A stretch of DNA of 64,000 bases from Eledone cirrhosa (lineage: Eukaryota). The position numbers and the translations under genes are program-made. The stretch spans positions 15,376,001 to 15,440,000 of the forward strand of contig OZ024752.1 in the NCBI GenBank assembly GCA_964016885.1. Reading direction: 5' to 3'. The notes beneath the pieces are model-generated. The model was not told the DNA's origin. It saw nothing but the letters and a program-made list of their open reading frames with translations, and did not search any database. Numbering within the stretch: the stretch's first letter is position 1; every line of letters begins with the position of its first letter. Positions 44,693 to 61,937 of the stretch are shown here, piece after piece.

Positions 44693-44725
<33 letters not shown>

Positions 44726-44728
<3 letters not shown>

Positions 44729-44812
44729 GGTGTCCCCCAAAAATGTATACACACTTTGATTAACTGTACATTCAATATTTATTAGAATGCTGTTGAAGTG
44801 TGTATACATTTT
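44726..44812. mobile_element. Tc1/mariner-type MITE, one end truncated
   Basis: Same TIR as 41397-41496; internal sequence in the opposite orientation. Confidence 0.7.
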
Positions 44813-45792
44813 AGTATATATGTGTGTATTTGCAGTCAATGTATGGAAATTACAAGTGACTATTTTAAATAAAACATTTTGAATTTCTATAAATATCTGC
44901 AGCATTATTATTCCTCGGGTATTGATGACAATCTACTGAAGTGTAATACACAATACAGTTGAAACTCACTAAACATAATGAAAAACATAAAAACGTAATT
45001 CTCCATATTCTCTTTAAGATTGTTGTAAAACTCAGTTTGGTTCCAATGTCTATATCGAAAATCATTTATCTCCAAATGTCATTTCTGTTGAGAAACTATC
45101 GATTTGATATTAAACTCGTATAAATATCATTTTTCTCACAGAACAATTGTGGGTTTCTGTAAGGTCGATATATTTCGATATCTGGTAAAAGAATTACGTT
45201 CAACTCAAATAAATAATTTAGTATAAGAGAAAAAAATGTTAAAAGGTGGCATGAACAGCCGTAAGTTACGTGTGATTGTTTTAACCACTGGAGCATTGTT
45301 CTGATAATTTGCTCTATTGTGTGAAAATTATACAACAGGATATTGCTATGAAATTATTGTTTTTATTCACATCAAGTAAAGAATTTGATTATTGGGATAA
45401 TACTTATTATATTTACCTACTTCAGTTCATTGCTAATTTGAAGAATATGAATTATAGGTTATGAAAGGAATATACTTTTAAACATAGATTTTATCATTAG
45501 GAGATGTAAGTATTTTTATGCGTATCGTTGATCTACATAATACTAAAAGTCTGTGATTGCTTGCCAAAAAGGCGCATCAAGGTAAACTATTCTGAAAGGA
45601 AGTTGACCCAGAAATGGGAATACAAATTGTACACGTGTTCCCGAAATATGGATTTTTTTCGGGTACCTTCATAAACAGAGAGAGAGAGAGAGAGATACAG
45701 AGAAAGAGACAGTGGTTGTGAGAGAGTAGATTGAAAGAGAGACATAGAGAGAGATGATAGAGAAGGACAATGAAAGAGAGAGATGGTGTTGT

Positions 45793-45841
<49 letters not shown>

Positions 45842-46745
45842 GTATGTGTGTGTATATATATGTGGGTGTATATGTGTGTGCGTCTGGCCAGTATATATAT
45901 ATCACACACCCATATATATATATATATAAATGTAGAAGTTCTATTTAAATTGTTTCGATACAACAAGCAAATATTTTTTATAACTGATATAAAGCACTCA
46001 ACAAATTATTGGAGTAAAAATACAATATAATAACAAATTGAAACTCTATTTATAAAACCATATTTATTTCATTATACATATTTCATATATCCGGGAGCTT
46101 CCAACACAGATGGTCGCATTCTTTAAGGGTATGTCAATATTTATTTATAAAATTGATCTACATTATATTTTATCTGATGTAAGCGCACCATAATTTGAAT
46201 TGGTGTCCTTGAAATAAGTATAATGAAATAAATATGGTTTTATAAACATAGTTTCCATTTGTTAATATATCGTATATATATATATATATATGTAAATGAA
46301 AAATGGTGAGCTGTGTTGTTGTAATTAAGTATAATAAATGAAGAAATAGAAATAGAAGTTAGGAATATCCGTCATCAGTGGTCTACTAGCCATCATAGGT
46401 ATGTCTTCGCATTACAGACAATATACCTCCATCTAGGGCGATACAATAACTAAAATAATTATTGGGATAAAAAGAGTTGGCTGGAGAAAGAGAGACATGT
46501 AAACAAACACGAATGGTGAGGCAACGTAAAGAGAGGAAAAAATGAGAAAATCAAGTCAATAATTCATTTCGAACATAAGAACGTGCGAATATTGACGAGA
46601 AGGCAAAATACACATCTTGGCCGTGCGAATGTGAGCGAGGAAAAGGATCTCGTACGGTGTGGGACGATGGAGGAAGTGAGAGAGAGGATGAGTAGCAGTT
46701 TGTACACACTATAAACACAGAGCTGGCATATCTAAGAACTGACTA

Positions 46746-46801
46746 ACTGCCTGATGAGGTCATAGCCATTCAATGGCTATCATCGAAATATATATAGCAG
46801 T
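46746..46801 (+). ncRNA. Minimal type I hammerhead ribozyme
   Basis: actgc CTGATGA ggtcatagccatt-c-aatggctatcatc GAAA tatata TA gcagt followed by aataaa. Confidence 0.75.
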
Positions 46802-46943
46802 AAATAAAGGATTATGAGTTCATGCAATTGACTTATGGTTCGTCAGTATATATATATAGTAATAATAATAAATTTGAAGACTAAAATCCAAAGAGGGCTC
46901 GATAAGGATAAATATATATCAAATATATAAGAACCGTAGAGCA

Positions 46944-47087
46944 AATATTTATTAAAATAACAGATTAAAGTTTAAGCAAAGAATCGCTGCTTTCACCCTT
47001 AACGGATCTTCTGAAACCAGAAGATCCCGTTAAGGGTGAAAGCAACGATTCTTTGCTTAAACTTTAATCTGTCATTTTAATAAATAT
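46944..47087. repeat. ~70-bp-arm palindrome from a dispersed family (relative at 41150-41310)
   Basis: cagattaaagtttaagcaaagaatcg...cgattctttgcttaaactttaatctg. Confidence 0.8.
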
Positions 47088-47640
47088 CTCTATATATATA
47101 TATATATGTACGTATATAAACACATGTATATGTGGGCCTTCCAGTTTCATTTCATATTATATACATGTCTGTTTATAATTTAATTGTTTAAAAATTATTT
47201 TTAAGTGAACATGATTTTTTTTTAAATATCTAGAAGTGAACGTGACCCAACGAGTCACGGATGGTACAGTTATACAGTAAAATTTATAAATTTCCGTGCT
47301 TGATTATTTGATTAGAAACACCACACTTAAATTTCTAAAACATCATTAAAATAGAAGTTGCATGAAACGAACGTCATCCAGCGATGTAAGAACAAAACAT
47401 CAAATAACAGAGTGATGAAACTAGAATATTACAAAGGATCTTCATTAATTTTGGAAAACATTATTTAAACATCAAGGAAAATGTTCAAAGACAATATTTA
47501 AAAAGTCATGGAGATTAGGAACGGCAATTACTATTCATTGAAATAGAGAGTAAAGAGAGTATGTTTCTAAATGTATAAAACCAACGTAATTAATGTGCTG
47601 GAGGGTGTAACTATATAGTTATTTTACCTACATTTTACCA

Positions 47641-47825
47641 GTGGATTGGCAGTATCGGTAAAGGATCGGACGCCATGCTTTCCAGCATAGTTACGTCCCT
47701 TTACGATCTGAGTTCAAATCCCGCCGAGGTTGACTTTGCCTTTCATTCTTACGGGGTAGATAAAATAAAGTGCCAGTAATGAACTGGGTAATTGCTGGCC
47801 TTGTGCCTAAAGTAGAAACAATTAT
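47641..47825 (+). mobile_element. Nin-domain SINE with TSD; inverted 3' fragment at 47851-47904
   Basis: Consensus match; TSD ttattttacctacat. Confidence 0.9.
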
Positions 47826-49465
47826 TTTACCTACATATATATATATATATATAATTGTTTTTACGTTAGGCACAAGGCCAGCAATTACCCAGTGCATTAC
47901 TGGTGTGTCCGTGTGTGCATGTGTGTGTGTGTATGTATGTATGTGTATGTGTGTTTATGTATGTGTATCTGTGTGTATGTGTCTATATGTGTATGTGTGT
48001 TTATGTATGTGTATGTGTGTGTATGCATGTGTGTATGTATGTATGTGTGTTTGTGTATGTGTGTGTTTGTATGCGTGTGTGTGTGTGCATGTATGTATGT
48101 ATGTGTGTTTATGTATGTGCGTGGGTATGCATCATTTATATATTTATATAAGACAAAAAAAAAAGAAACGTTTATTAGAATTAAGGTTGTACAGAAGATG
48201 AAAGACTGAACAAACGAAAATATGGATGCAAAATTGTATATACATATGGGATTATATTAATAACTCATAACTGAATCAAATAATTAATTAACAAGAATTG
48301 TCTTCTACCTGTGTGAGGTGTTCAATTCGACACCTGTAGTTCTCACTAAGTTACTCCCGCTACATATATCACAAAGTATTACTTTCCTTCTCAAAACCAC
48401 CACCTGTATTCACCTTGCATGACACACACACAGAAACACACACACACACACATATACTTATGTAAATATATATAGATGCATACAGAGAGAAAGAGAGAGA
48501 AAGGGCAAGAATATATACGTATATAACCACGCAGTAATCTTTCTTCTCATGTTTTTTATATATATTTACCTCGGCTACGTTTGTCTCTTTCTCTCTTACT
48601 GCTTCCCCGTTCTCTTTGTTTCTCTCACCTTCTTTCGCCCCCTCTGTCAGTTACATTTTCTCTCGACTGACCGCTTCCTCGCACTTCTACTCACTAACTC
48701 TCTGTTTCTCCCCTTCTCACTTCCTCCCGTTTGGCTTACAGTGGGTCTCTTCTTGCTTACATCCCACTCACGTCGGACGTCTGTACCTTTCGCTCATGAA
48801 ATCCACCCAGTTTATGCTGACCAGGACTACCATGTTGCTTGTTTATTTCCTTTCTTTGGTTTGCTTTCATCCTTCTCTGTTGTTCACTTGTCCCCCTCGC
48901 TTTACGCGATTTACTGGTCCCAATAACTTTTTTAGTTATTGCTCGCACCAACCTGAGGTATCTGATTTTTAATGCGATGGAATACCAATGATGGTTGGAA
49001 AATCACTGACAAAGGACTATTTTTATCATATGTAACCCATGTGCAACCACGCAGTATTCTTCTTTCTTCTCATGTTATATATATATATATATATAGGAAC
49101 AAGTATCACCCCGACGGCAGAGCTCAAGGCGTTTCGACGGCTATGAGTACTTTGGTGCGTTATGGTCCATCTGGTTCCTTACCACATTTCCTTCGTTATA
49201 TATATACATGTGTGTGTGTGTGTGTATGTGTTACTGTGTGCGTATATGTATATATGTATATACATGTATATAGGTATGTGTGTGTGTATTTGTAAATACA
49301 TGTATATATGAATGTGTGTATATATATATATATGTATATTCATGTATATATGTGTTGTGTGTATGTATGTATATATATATATATATGCATATATGTGTGT
49401 GTGTGTATATATGTATGTGTGTGTGTATATATATGCATACATGTGTATCTATATGTGTATATATA

Positions 49466-49629
<164 letters not shown>

Positions 49630-49753
49630 CATATATACATATATATATATTGTTATACTTTGGGAGGGTCATGTTGCCAATAAGAAACACACGCACCAGT
49701 TGCTTTCAGTTCAATTTATTATATATTTATAAATTTATAACAAATTCAGAAAC

Positions 49754-51030
<1,277 letters not shown>

Positions 51031-51771
51031 GTATGTACGTGTGTCTCTATATATATATATATATATTACATGGGAGCTGGCATGTGGAGAAATGTAGAGA
51101 AATTTATTTTTATTGACCCAGTTAGTGCGTTGTCTATTCAGTTTCCTATTGTTTGTGCTATAGTCAACATCTGCTTAATATAAGTAGTTATATTAGTAAG
51201 CGAAGTTACGTTTGTATTTGCTTTACTTTTCATTTGCTATTAATATAGATATAGATATGAATATAACCACACAAATATAGTAAAAGAAGATTTATGGCGA
51301 TATCCCAGGCAGTGAAATATCAACATGATTTACTGTGTCGGTATTCACCTCAGCTATGATAAACAACATATAAAATAAAAGTAGGATGTTACATTCTCAC
51401 TGAAGAAATATATTGATTAGTTTTGACTCACCGTAGTATAATAAAATAACGATAAAAGCCATATTTCTTAGTGTTTTATGAAACAATATAAAGAATCAAT
51501 AATAATTGAACATTGCTCCGAGGAAACTACACTAGATACAATATATGAAGCCGACCGACAGCCTCTAGTGATCAGGTATAAACAGAGAATATAATTTCAT
51601 TATAAAGTTTAAAGAGTAGGATGCTATCAAAACAGAGCCATAGATTAATGTATTATAAAGTAAAGCATGTATTGATTTCAGTTAGACATGTCAAATCATA
51701 TATTTGATGTATTCTGCCAAATATTTTATGACACGTATATATAAAGAGCGGACAGTCCTTAGTACTAATAA

Positions 51772-52139
51772 ATAATTGTTTATACATTTGGCACAAGGCC
51801 AGCTATTATCCCAGTGTATGGTACTTTATTTTATCGACCCGGTAAGGATGAAAGGCAAAGTTAACCTCGGCGTAATTTGAACTCAGACTGTAAAGGGCCG
51901 TAACTCTATGCTGCAAAGCATGGCGCCGACCCTCTACCGATACTCGCAAAAATAATTGTTTCTACTTTTGGCACAAGGCCAGCAATAACCCAGTACATTA
52001 CTGGTACTTTATTTTATCGACCCCATAAGGATGAAAGACAAAGTTAACCTCGACGGGATTTGAACTCAGACCGTAAAGGGACGTAACTATGCTGGAAAGC
52101 ATGGCGTCCGACTCTTTACCGATACTGCCAATCCACCGC
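51772..52139 (-). mobile_element. Two tandem Nin-domain SINEs (51772-51945, 51952-52139)
   Basis: Two consensus matches; gcaaaaataatt flanks the second copy. Confidence 0.9.
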
Positions 52140-52219
52140 AAAAATAATTACATGCAGATGCACAAACACACATACACAGACAGATGCACAGACACACACA
52201 TATATATATATACATATAC

Positions 52220-52770
<551 letters not shown>

Positions 52771-52774
<4 letters not shown>

Positions 52775-52938
52775 CTTAGTAGCTAGAGCGTTGGGCTTGC
52801 AGTCGAGATATCGTGAATCGATTCTCGGCCAAGGTAATGCGTTGTTTCCTTGAGCAAGACACTTTATTCCGCATTGATCCAGTTCATCCGGCTGTATAAA
52901 TAAGTTGCGACGTCACTGTTGGCAAACTGTATCGGTCA
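52771..52938 (+). mobile_element. SINE (second family), 5' part
   Basis: gtggcttagtagctagagcg...ccttgagcaagacactttatt...gcgacgtcactg. Confidence 0.7.
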
Positions 52939-53052
52939 TTATTTTAATATACATATATACACACACACATATATATATATATAACTTTTTCAAATACAAG
53001 TCGATGTTGAACGGTATGTCAAATCTATATATTTATAAAACTGTCTATATTG

Positions 53053-53118
53053 TATTTTGTCTGAGGAAGGCATAACATATTGTTAATGTGATATCCCTGA
53101 AATATATATAATGAAATA
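53053..53118 (+). ncRNA. Hammerhead-like motif (family also at ~45960-46275)
   Basis: tattttgt CTGAGGA agg...cct GAAA tatata TA atgaaata. Confidence 0.45.
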
Positions 53119-53247
53119 AATATGGTTTTATAAATATAGTTTCCATTTATTTAATATCGTAAATATACTCCAAATACTTGTTGAGTGCTTTTATATCAGT
53201 TATAAATATTTACTAGTTGTAACCCAACAATTTAAATATAACTTTCC

Positions 53248-53281
<34 letters not shown>

Positions 53282-53308
53282 ATATATATATGTATATATG
53301 TGTATATA

Positions 53309-53365
<57 letters not shown>

Positions 53366-53388
53366 ATATATGTATATATGTGTATATA

Positions 53389-53453
<65 letters not shown>

Positions 53454-53565
53454 GTATGTGTGTATATATATATATATAGGTATGTGTGTATATATATATA
53501 TATGTATGTGTGTATATAAATATATATATGTATGTGTGTATATATATATATATGTATGTGTATGT

Positions 53566-55338
<1,773 letters not shown>

Positions 55339-55798
55339 CACTTGACCATTCCTGCAGACTTCAGCATCCTTTGATACCATGCAGAGGATGTTAATATAGC
55401 CACCGAAATCCTTTTGTTTGCTTAGAATAAATGAACCCTGAAAACAGGTGTGGCTGTAAGTGCGTTTGTTCTTATTGTGAATGTATTTATATTACTATCT
55501 ATATATCGCTTTAAATATTGTTTTTTCAGATTATCCCCCTTCTTAAAATCCCTTGGCCAACGACCTCCTCACAACCCAATCGCCACCTTCCCCATCCATT
55601 AGAAAACGTATAAATACCACCATATCACAATGCCAGTTGGATTTTCTGTTGATTTCCTTCAAATGAAACAGTTCTAGTCCTGTAGATGCCATTTCTATAT
55701 TAAACATTTATACTCTGCTATGTATTGAATACCTTACTTACTGTGGTTACCCCCGATTGAACCCGGGATACACACTCACTAACATACACACACACACT

Positions 55799-55835
<37 letters not shown>

Positions 55836-55893
55836 ACACACATGCACACACATATATTTATATATATATATGTATATAATAATAGTAATAATA

Positions 55894-56070
55894 ATAATTG
55901 TTTCTACTTTAGGCACAAGGCCAGCAATTAATCAGTACATTACTGGTACTTTAATATATCGACCCCGTAAGGATGAAAGGCAAAGTTAACCTCGGCGGGA
56001 TTTGGACTCAGTCTGTAAAGGGATGTAACTATGCCCGAAAGCATGGCGTCCGACACTCTACCGATACTGC
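55894..56070 (-). mobile_element. Nin-domain SINE
   Basis: Consensus match. Confidence 0.88.
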
Positions 56071-56812
56071 TATGCCTTCATTACGTTTATTGAGTAGTGA
56101 CGCGCCTTTCGCTATTGATAGCTCAAGGTTCGTTCTTTATCGATCTAACCCGACTTCGAGTGCTCAAAGTGTTTATATTTATCTCTAATTTTCCATGTTA
56201 ATTTTATGTACGGACCTCTGTAACGTTCTATATGCCAGCTTTATAGGGAGACATCTTTATTATTAAATCCATCTAAATTCTTGATTAATTTTAAGATTAT
56301 TTGAAAATTATATACAATTCCCATCTATTAAAATACAGTATTGAAAATGTCAAACTTTAGAAATATGATACGGGTTAATCTGTAATTGCTTATCGAATGT
56401 GGGGATTATAAATTCCCCGACAGCTAAGTCACATCGCTTTGAAAAAACCCCCAAATATTTTCCACTAGAAGCATCATAGAGGCAAAGGCAATAGAATATT
56501 ATTGAGGTGAAGTCAACTGCCATATAATCCGGTTTATTAGGGATATATATAAAGTACACAAGCATGACATGTTCCTGTTGCTCACGTCACCACCGTCGTC
56601 GTCATCGTTCTTGCTTTATAGCACAACCACATCTCCCTCACCATCCTCTAGGGAAACGCCTCTATTCTCCCCGTCGGGGCCCCAAGGCGGCTGACGCGTG
56701 GGCCTCCATTTTATCATAATAGTGAGAGACGTGGAGAGCGGTCGAGACGAAGCCAGTGAGAGTGGGAGTTGATTCTTTTGTGTTCAGACCTGGTATATAT
56801 ATATATATGAAA

Positions 56813-56896
<84 letters not shown>

Positions 56897-57112
56897 GTTA
56901 AAAATGTACATCTACATATGCATACTGAAATACTTGTATGCATATGAATACACACACGTATACATATGTAGATGTACCAAGTCTTTCACTGGCTACTTTA
57001 CTGTGAGTAATCCAGCTATTCTGTATGTAAACACACAGACAAACCGGTTTTTAGAGTCATACTGGTTTTTGAGGAAACACCTTTCCTCTATTCCCCAGAA
57101 AGCCAGACAAGG

Positions 57113-57157
57113 AATATTGAACTAGTTTCGTTGTTGTTACAACTCATCAGCAATATT
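57113..57157 (-). ncRNA. Type I hammerhead ribozyme, canonical core
   Basis: Minus strand: aatattg CTGATGA gttg-taacaa-caac GAAA ctag TT caatatt. Confidence 0.88.
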
Positions 57158-57578
57158 TACCTATCTACCGGCCTTTCTGGAGAATCGTAAAAGCACATAT
57201 CGTTATATGCTTTTTCTATGAAAATTAGTAGTGGGCAGACTAATTTGCATAGAGTGTGAGTACGTACCGGTTCAACGGAGACGATAAAAACAAATAACGA
57301 AACGAAATTAAATTTCGTTTCGTTTGTAACTCACTTTTGTATGACTGACGCTTAAACAATTAAGTTAAAAATGTACATCTACATATGCATACTGAAATAC
57401 TAGTATGCATATGAATACACACACGTATACATATGTAGATGTACCAAGTCTTTCACTGGTTACTTTACTGTGAGAATCCAGCTATTCTGTATGTAAACAC
57501 ACAGACAAACCGGTTTTTAGAGTCATACTGGTTTTTGAGGAAACACCTTTCCTCTATTCTCCAGAAAGCCAGACAAGG

Positions 57579-57623
57579 AATATTGAACTAGTTTCGTTGT
57601 TGTTACAACTCATCAGCAATATT
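57579..57623 (-). ncRNA. Type I hammerhead ribozyme, canonical core
   Basis: Identical to 57113-57157. Confidence 0.88.
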
Positions 57624-58044
57624 TACCTATCTACCGGCCTTTCTGGAGAATCGTAAAAGCACATATCGTTATATGCTTTTTCTATGAAAATTAGTAGTGG
57701 GCAGACTAATTTGCATAGAGTGTGAGTACGTACCGGTTCAACGGAGACGATAAAAACAAATAACGAAACGAAATTAAATTTCGTTTCGTTTGTAACTCAC
57801 TTTTGTATGACTGACGCTTAAACAATTAAGTTAAAAATGTACATCTACATATGCATACTGAAATACTAGTATGCATATGAATACACACACGTATACATAT
57901 GTAGATGTACCAAGTCTTTCACTGGTTACTTTACTGTGAATATCCAGCTATTCTGTATGTAAACACACAGACAAACCGGTTTTTAGAGTCATACTGGTTT
58001 TTGAGGAAACACCTTTCCTCTATCCTCCAGAAAGCCAGACAAGG

Positions 58045-58089
58045 AATATTGAACTAGTTTCGTTGTTGTTACAACTCATCAGCAATATT
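58045..58089 (-). ncRNA. Type I hammerhead ribozyme, canonical core
   Basis: Identical to 57113-57157. Confidence 0.88.
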
Positions 58090-58138
58090 TACCTATCTAC
58101 CGGCCTTTCTGGAGAATCGTAAAAGCACATATCGTACT

Positions 58139-58243
<105 letters not shown>

Positions 58244-58999
58244 GGAAGCAGAAAATTGCTTATTGTGATCCAGTTCTTGGTTAAGAGAGCCAGTTTCATG
58301 GAGGGTTTCAACGTACGGTTAGGGGTAACTCCACAAGTTTGTAAGAATTCCGTTCAATCTTGGAGTATAAGGTATAAAAGAGAAAACACAGGTAAGCATA
58401 AAGAAAAGGATTTTATCCACGTATTTACGACCGTTTCATTGGTAAGTGCAACCTTATATTGCTATACTGCAAATAGCAGCCACTCAATGATAATTGTTGT
58501 TCACGTCCAAATTTTCAAAATAGTGAGTAAGTTACTCTTAAAAAAGTTCTTAATATATAGAGAAAATCATGTTTTGGGAATTGTATTTACTAGTATAGAG
58601 AGAGAGAGAGAGAGAGAGGAAGAGGAATTAGAAAGTGGGGGGACAAACGGAATAGTGTAGAGAAAGAGGAAGGGGGAGAAGAGTTAGGAAGTAGAGTGAC
58701 AAACTGAGATGGAGGGAGGGGTAGAGGTGGAAGGATTCCTTGCTCAGTTTTGATACGTAGACTTCATGTCGTCGATTTAGAGTGTAGTGAGTTAAAGAGA
58801 ATTAAATAGTTTATAGATGGAGGGATGGAGAGAGAGAGAGAGGGGGGAGGAGATATATAGAGATAAATATATATATAAAAATAAAGATAAAAACAAAGAA
58901 GTGGGGGGAGAAAGAAGAAAAGAAAAGATAGCCAAAAAGGGGAGAGAAGAAAGGAAGAAAACGAAAAGAAATAGAAAAGGAATGAAGGAGAAGGGAGGC

Positions 59000-59071
<72 letters not shown>

Positions 59072-60377
59072 ATGTTTCACGGACACACATTCATGTATGT
59101 AACAAAATAAATTGACAGCATTTTTATAAATGAATAAACCTATGCTCAATGTATTGGCCTTTATATTTGAATTAGAAAAAGTAACATCAAGTGCGTGTAA
59201 ATTCTGATACGATGTCTTAATCTTCCAAGAGGAACAGTCCTCTGATTGAAAGAAAATATGTCATGAGAAATTAAATACATCTAATAGTGTACCTGAATAT
59301 GCAAAATCATACTAGTTATTAACTTTTCAGCATATTTGGTAAAGTAGATGTGTACAAAATAAACCCGTTGATCTACAACAAAGGCTACTGTATGGCCCAT
59401 CGATAGCTGTGTAGGGCTTATAGGTTTACGGTCAACACAATATGATAATATTCCCTTTTCAAATATGTTCCTGAAAACAGTGCACTAATATAATTATAGG
59501 ATTTCAATTTACAAAGAAACCAAATCTTAGTTACAAAGCAGATGTTATTTTCGTTATCAATAATTTTTGCCCTCGGATTCAATAAGCACCCCTACAAAAG
59601 ACAAAAGCACGCAAGTTAGATTAAAGTTTTATGAAAATATTATTGATCAAAATTCATTTTATGCTGAAACATAAAATTCTGTTAGGTTAAATTTTTTTAT
59701 GGATCATTAGTCTATTGTTTTATGTTAGATAACGTATGTATTACATTAAATTTCATATACTTTGTGTTGTTGTTTCCTTTAGGAGATGTGCAGTAACCAT
59801 TTCTGGTTTCTAACTTCTACCTTCGCGTGGGTCATTGAACACTTCTTTCATATATCTTTCAAATTGTGTTTCTTTTATTCTATGGAAGTGATTCAATTAT
59901 AGATTTTAAATTGATTCTGTGGGGCATGTATCATACTGTAGCTTCATGTATCATACTGTATCATGTATCATACTGTATCATACTGTATCATACTGCCATC
60001 TGGAACCCCGATGTCGCGTATACTATGAAATCAGTTTTGCTTGATTTATTGATTTGTAAAGTATATATTTTCATGCATGTTGTTTTATTTCATCGTCAAA
60101 GGAAATTTTCTGAAATTCAGTGGTTTTGTTCTTCTTTTTTGCATATAAATATTTTAAAATGTATTAAGCCTTATTTCTTTGAAATTGTCGTATTGTTGTT
60201 CTCATAACCTCGGTAGGTGTAACATGGCGGTATAATATTAATTTAATAATTTTAGAGGCATGTTTCCTAGACCGCTATTCATGTGCTGTTTTCTCACATG
60301 CTAATAGGAAATAGCATGTTGTTTCTTGAGGTTTCATATCTGATAAGGATATTTTTAATGTGCTCACGATAATTCGG

Positions 60378-60580
60378 TCTGTTTGTTTGTTTGCAAACAA
60401 ACAAACCGAACATTATAATAAATGTTCGGTAAACCCATACGTACATATATATATGTTTGCATGTATGTATACACACTACTGTACGTCTGTATACATATAT
60501 GTATGTACGTATACATACATACTTACATTTAAATATCAGCCGTACAAAGAGTGAGAAACGAAATTTCGTTTCATTCTTTT

Positions 60581-60583
<3 letters not shown>
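60378..60583 (+). mobile_element. Fragment of the ~430-nt retrozyme-like family (no HHR)
   Basis: Matches 18964-19107 and continues into sequence matching 18670-18735. Confidence 0.75.
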
Positions 60584-60617
<34 letters not shown>

Positions 60618-60763
60618 CAAGTATTGATATAACATTTTCAGTTGAGTTCATGTATTAGAAATGACACAGCTGCCTGGTGGAAGTATTGTTATATATTTGT
60701 GACCCGTGTGACCTGCAAATCTACTCTGAGGAGCAGATATGGATATAGTGAATACACACACAC

Positions 60764-60813
<50 letters not shown>

Positions 60814-60817
60814 ACGT

Positions 60818-60870
60818 AAGAAAGGAAGAAAACGAAAAGAAATAGAAAAGGAATGAAGGAGAAGGGAGGC

Positions 60871-60948
<78 letters not shown>

Positions 60949-61038
60949 ATGTTTCACGGACACACATTCATGTATGTAACAAAATAAATTGACAGCATTT
61001 TTATAAATGAATAAACCTATGCTCAATGTATTGGCCTT
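60818..61038 (+). repeat. Local duplication of 58947-59161
   Basis: Identical except for (TA)n length. Confidence 0.92.
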
Positions 61039-61834
61039 GGACCTATGGACAACTTCCAGAAGTCCCTGGCCTGGCAGTGCTACCGAGGGGCTTTACCCGT
61101 TCGAGAAAGGCTCTACAGACACGGGCGCCCGGGTAGGGACCCCGCCAAAAAGATCTGTCCCAGATGCGTGTGCGACGAGGAAACCGTTGCACACGCATTG
61201 GTACACTGCTCGGGCGTAGCCGATCTGTGGGGCTATGTCGAACAACTGCTGTCAAGGGTGGAACCGATCCGGTTGACCACCGAGTCTATTGTAATGATCA
61301 AGCCGCCTCCCCCCTTCAAAGATGAAGCAGAGGCGGTGTTTCTGTGCGTAATAGCCATGGCGAAAGAGGTTGTATGGTGGACGCGTCTGAAAGGACTGAG
61401 GTCAGGCACCTTTCTCTCTGGCCAACAACTGGTCCGTTTCTTCCGATATCATTTCGGAAGAAGGATCAGGATGGAGAGAGAGGTGCTGCACCCCAGCCGT
61501 TTCTATGAAAGATGGGTGAAAGTGGCGAGAATGGCCCGTGTGAATGGGCCTTCACTCTACATCAGACTATAGGTGAGGAAGATGAAAGACCAAGGGAGCA
61601 CCCCTTCTCTGTGCTCCTGAGGAGAAGGGTTGCACACTTTTTTCGGGGGTGTGTGCGACCCCCCAAGGCGCCTCCTCTCTATTGAGGATTTTGTTAAAAA
61701 TTTTATTTTTTGTTATATCTTATTTTATTTTTATATTTTGTTATTGCCTCCTCCTTATTGAGGACGCCTTTTTGTGTAAACTCCCCCCTTTGTACTTGTC
61801 CCACTTTTGATGCCCTAGTGGCAAATAAAAGAAA
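61039..61834 (+). mobile_element. 5'-truncated L1/Tx1-clade LINE (ORF2 C-terminus plus 3' UTR)
   Basis: Zinc-knuckle ORF followed by aataaaagaaa and (TATC)n. Confidence 0.8.
61045..61572 (+). pseudogene. ORF2 C-terminal fragment with zf-RVT-type CCHC motif
   Basis: AWQCYRGALPVRERL...CPRCVCDEETVAHALVHC...VVWWTR; open for 175 codons but lacks RT and EN domains. Confidence 0.8.
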
Positions 61835-61836
61835 TA

Positions 61837-61887
<51 letters not shown>

Positions 61888-61937
61888 ATATCTATCCATC
61901 TATCTATTTATATCTATCTATATATCCATCTCCAAAT

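Larger units (their letters stand above)
56891..58135 (-). mobile_element. Tandem array of 466/467-bp HHR-containing units (~2.7 copies); candidate retrozyme
   Basis: Unit starts at 56891, 57358 and 57824; near-identical copies; one HHR per unit; flanked by (TA)n. Confidence 0.9.

Noticed and set aside
55342-55437. Possible minus-strand exon (GSFILSKQKDFGGYINILCMVSKDAEVCRNGQ) after a tgttttcag acceptor
   Set aside because: No convincing donor, no recognisable protein and no partner exons
56891-58135. CRISPR-like or prokaryotic system
   Set aside because: Units are fully repeated with no unique spacers and no cas genes; the context is eukaryotic
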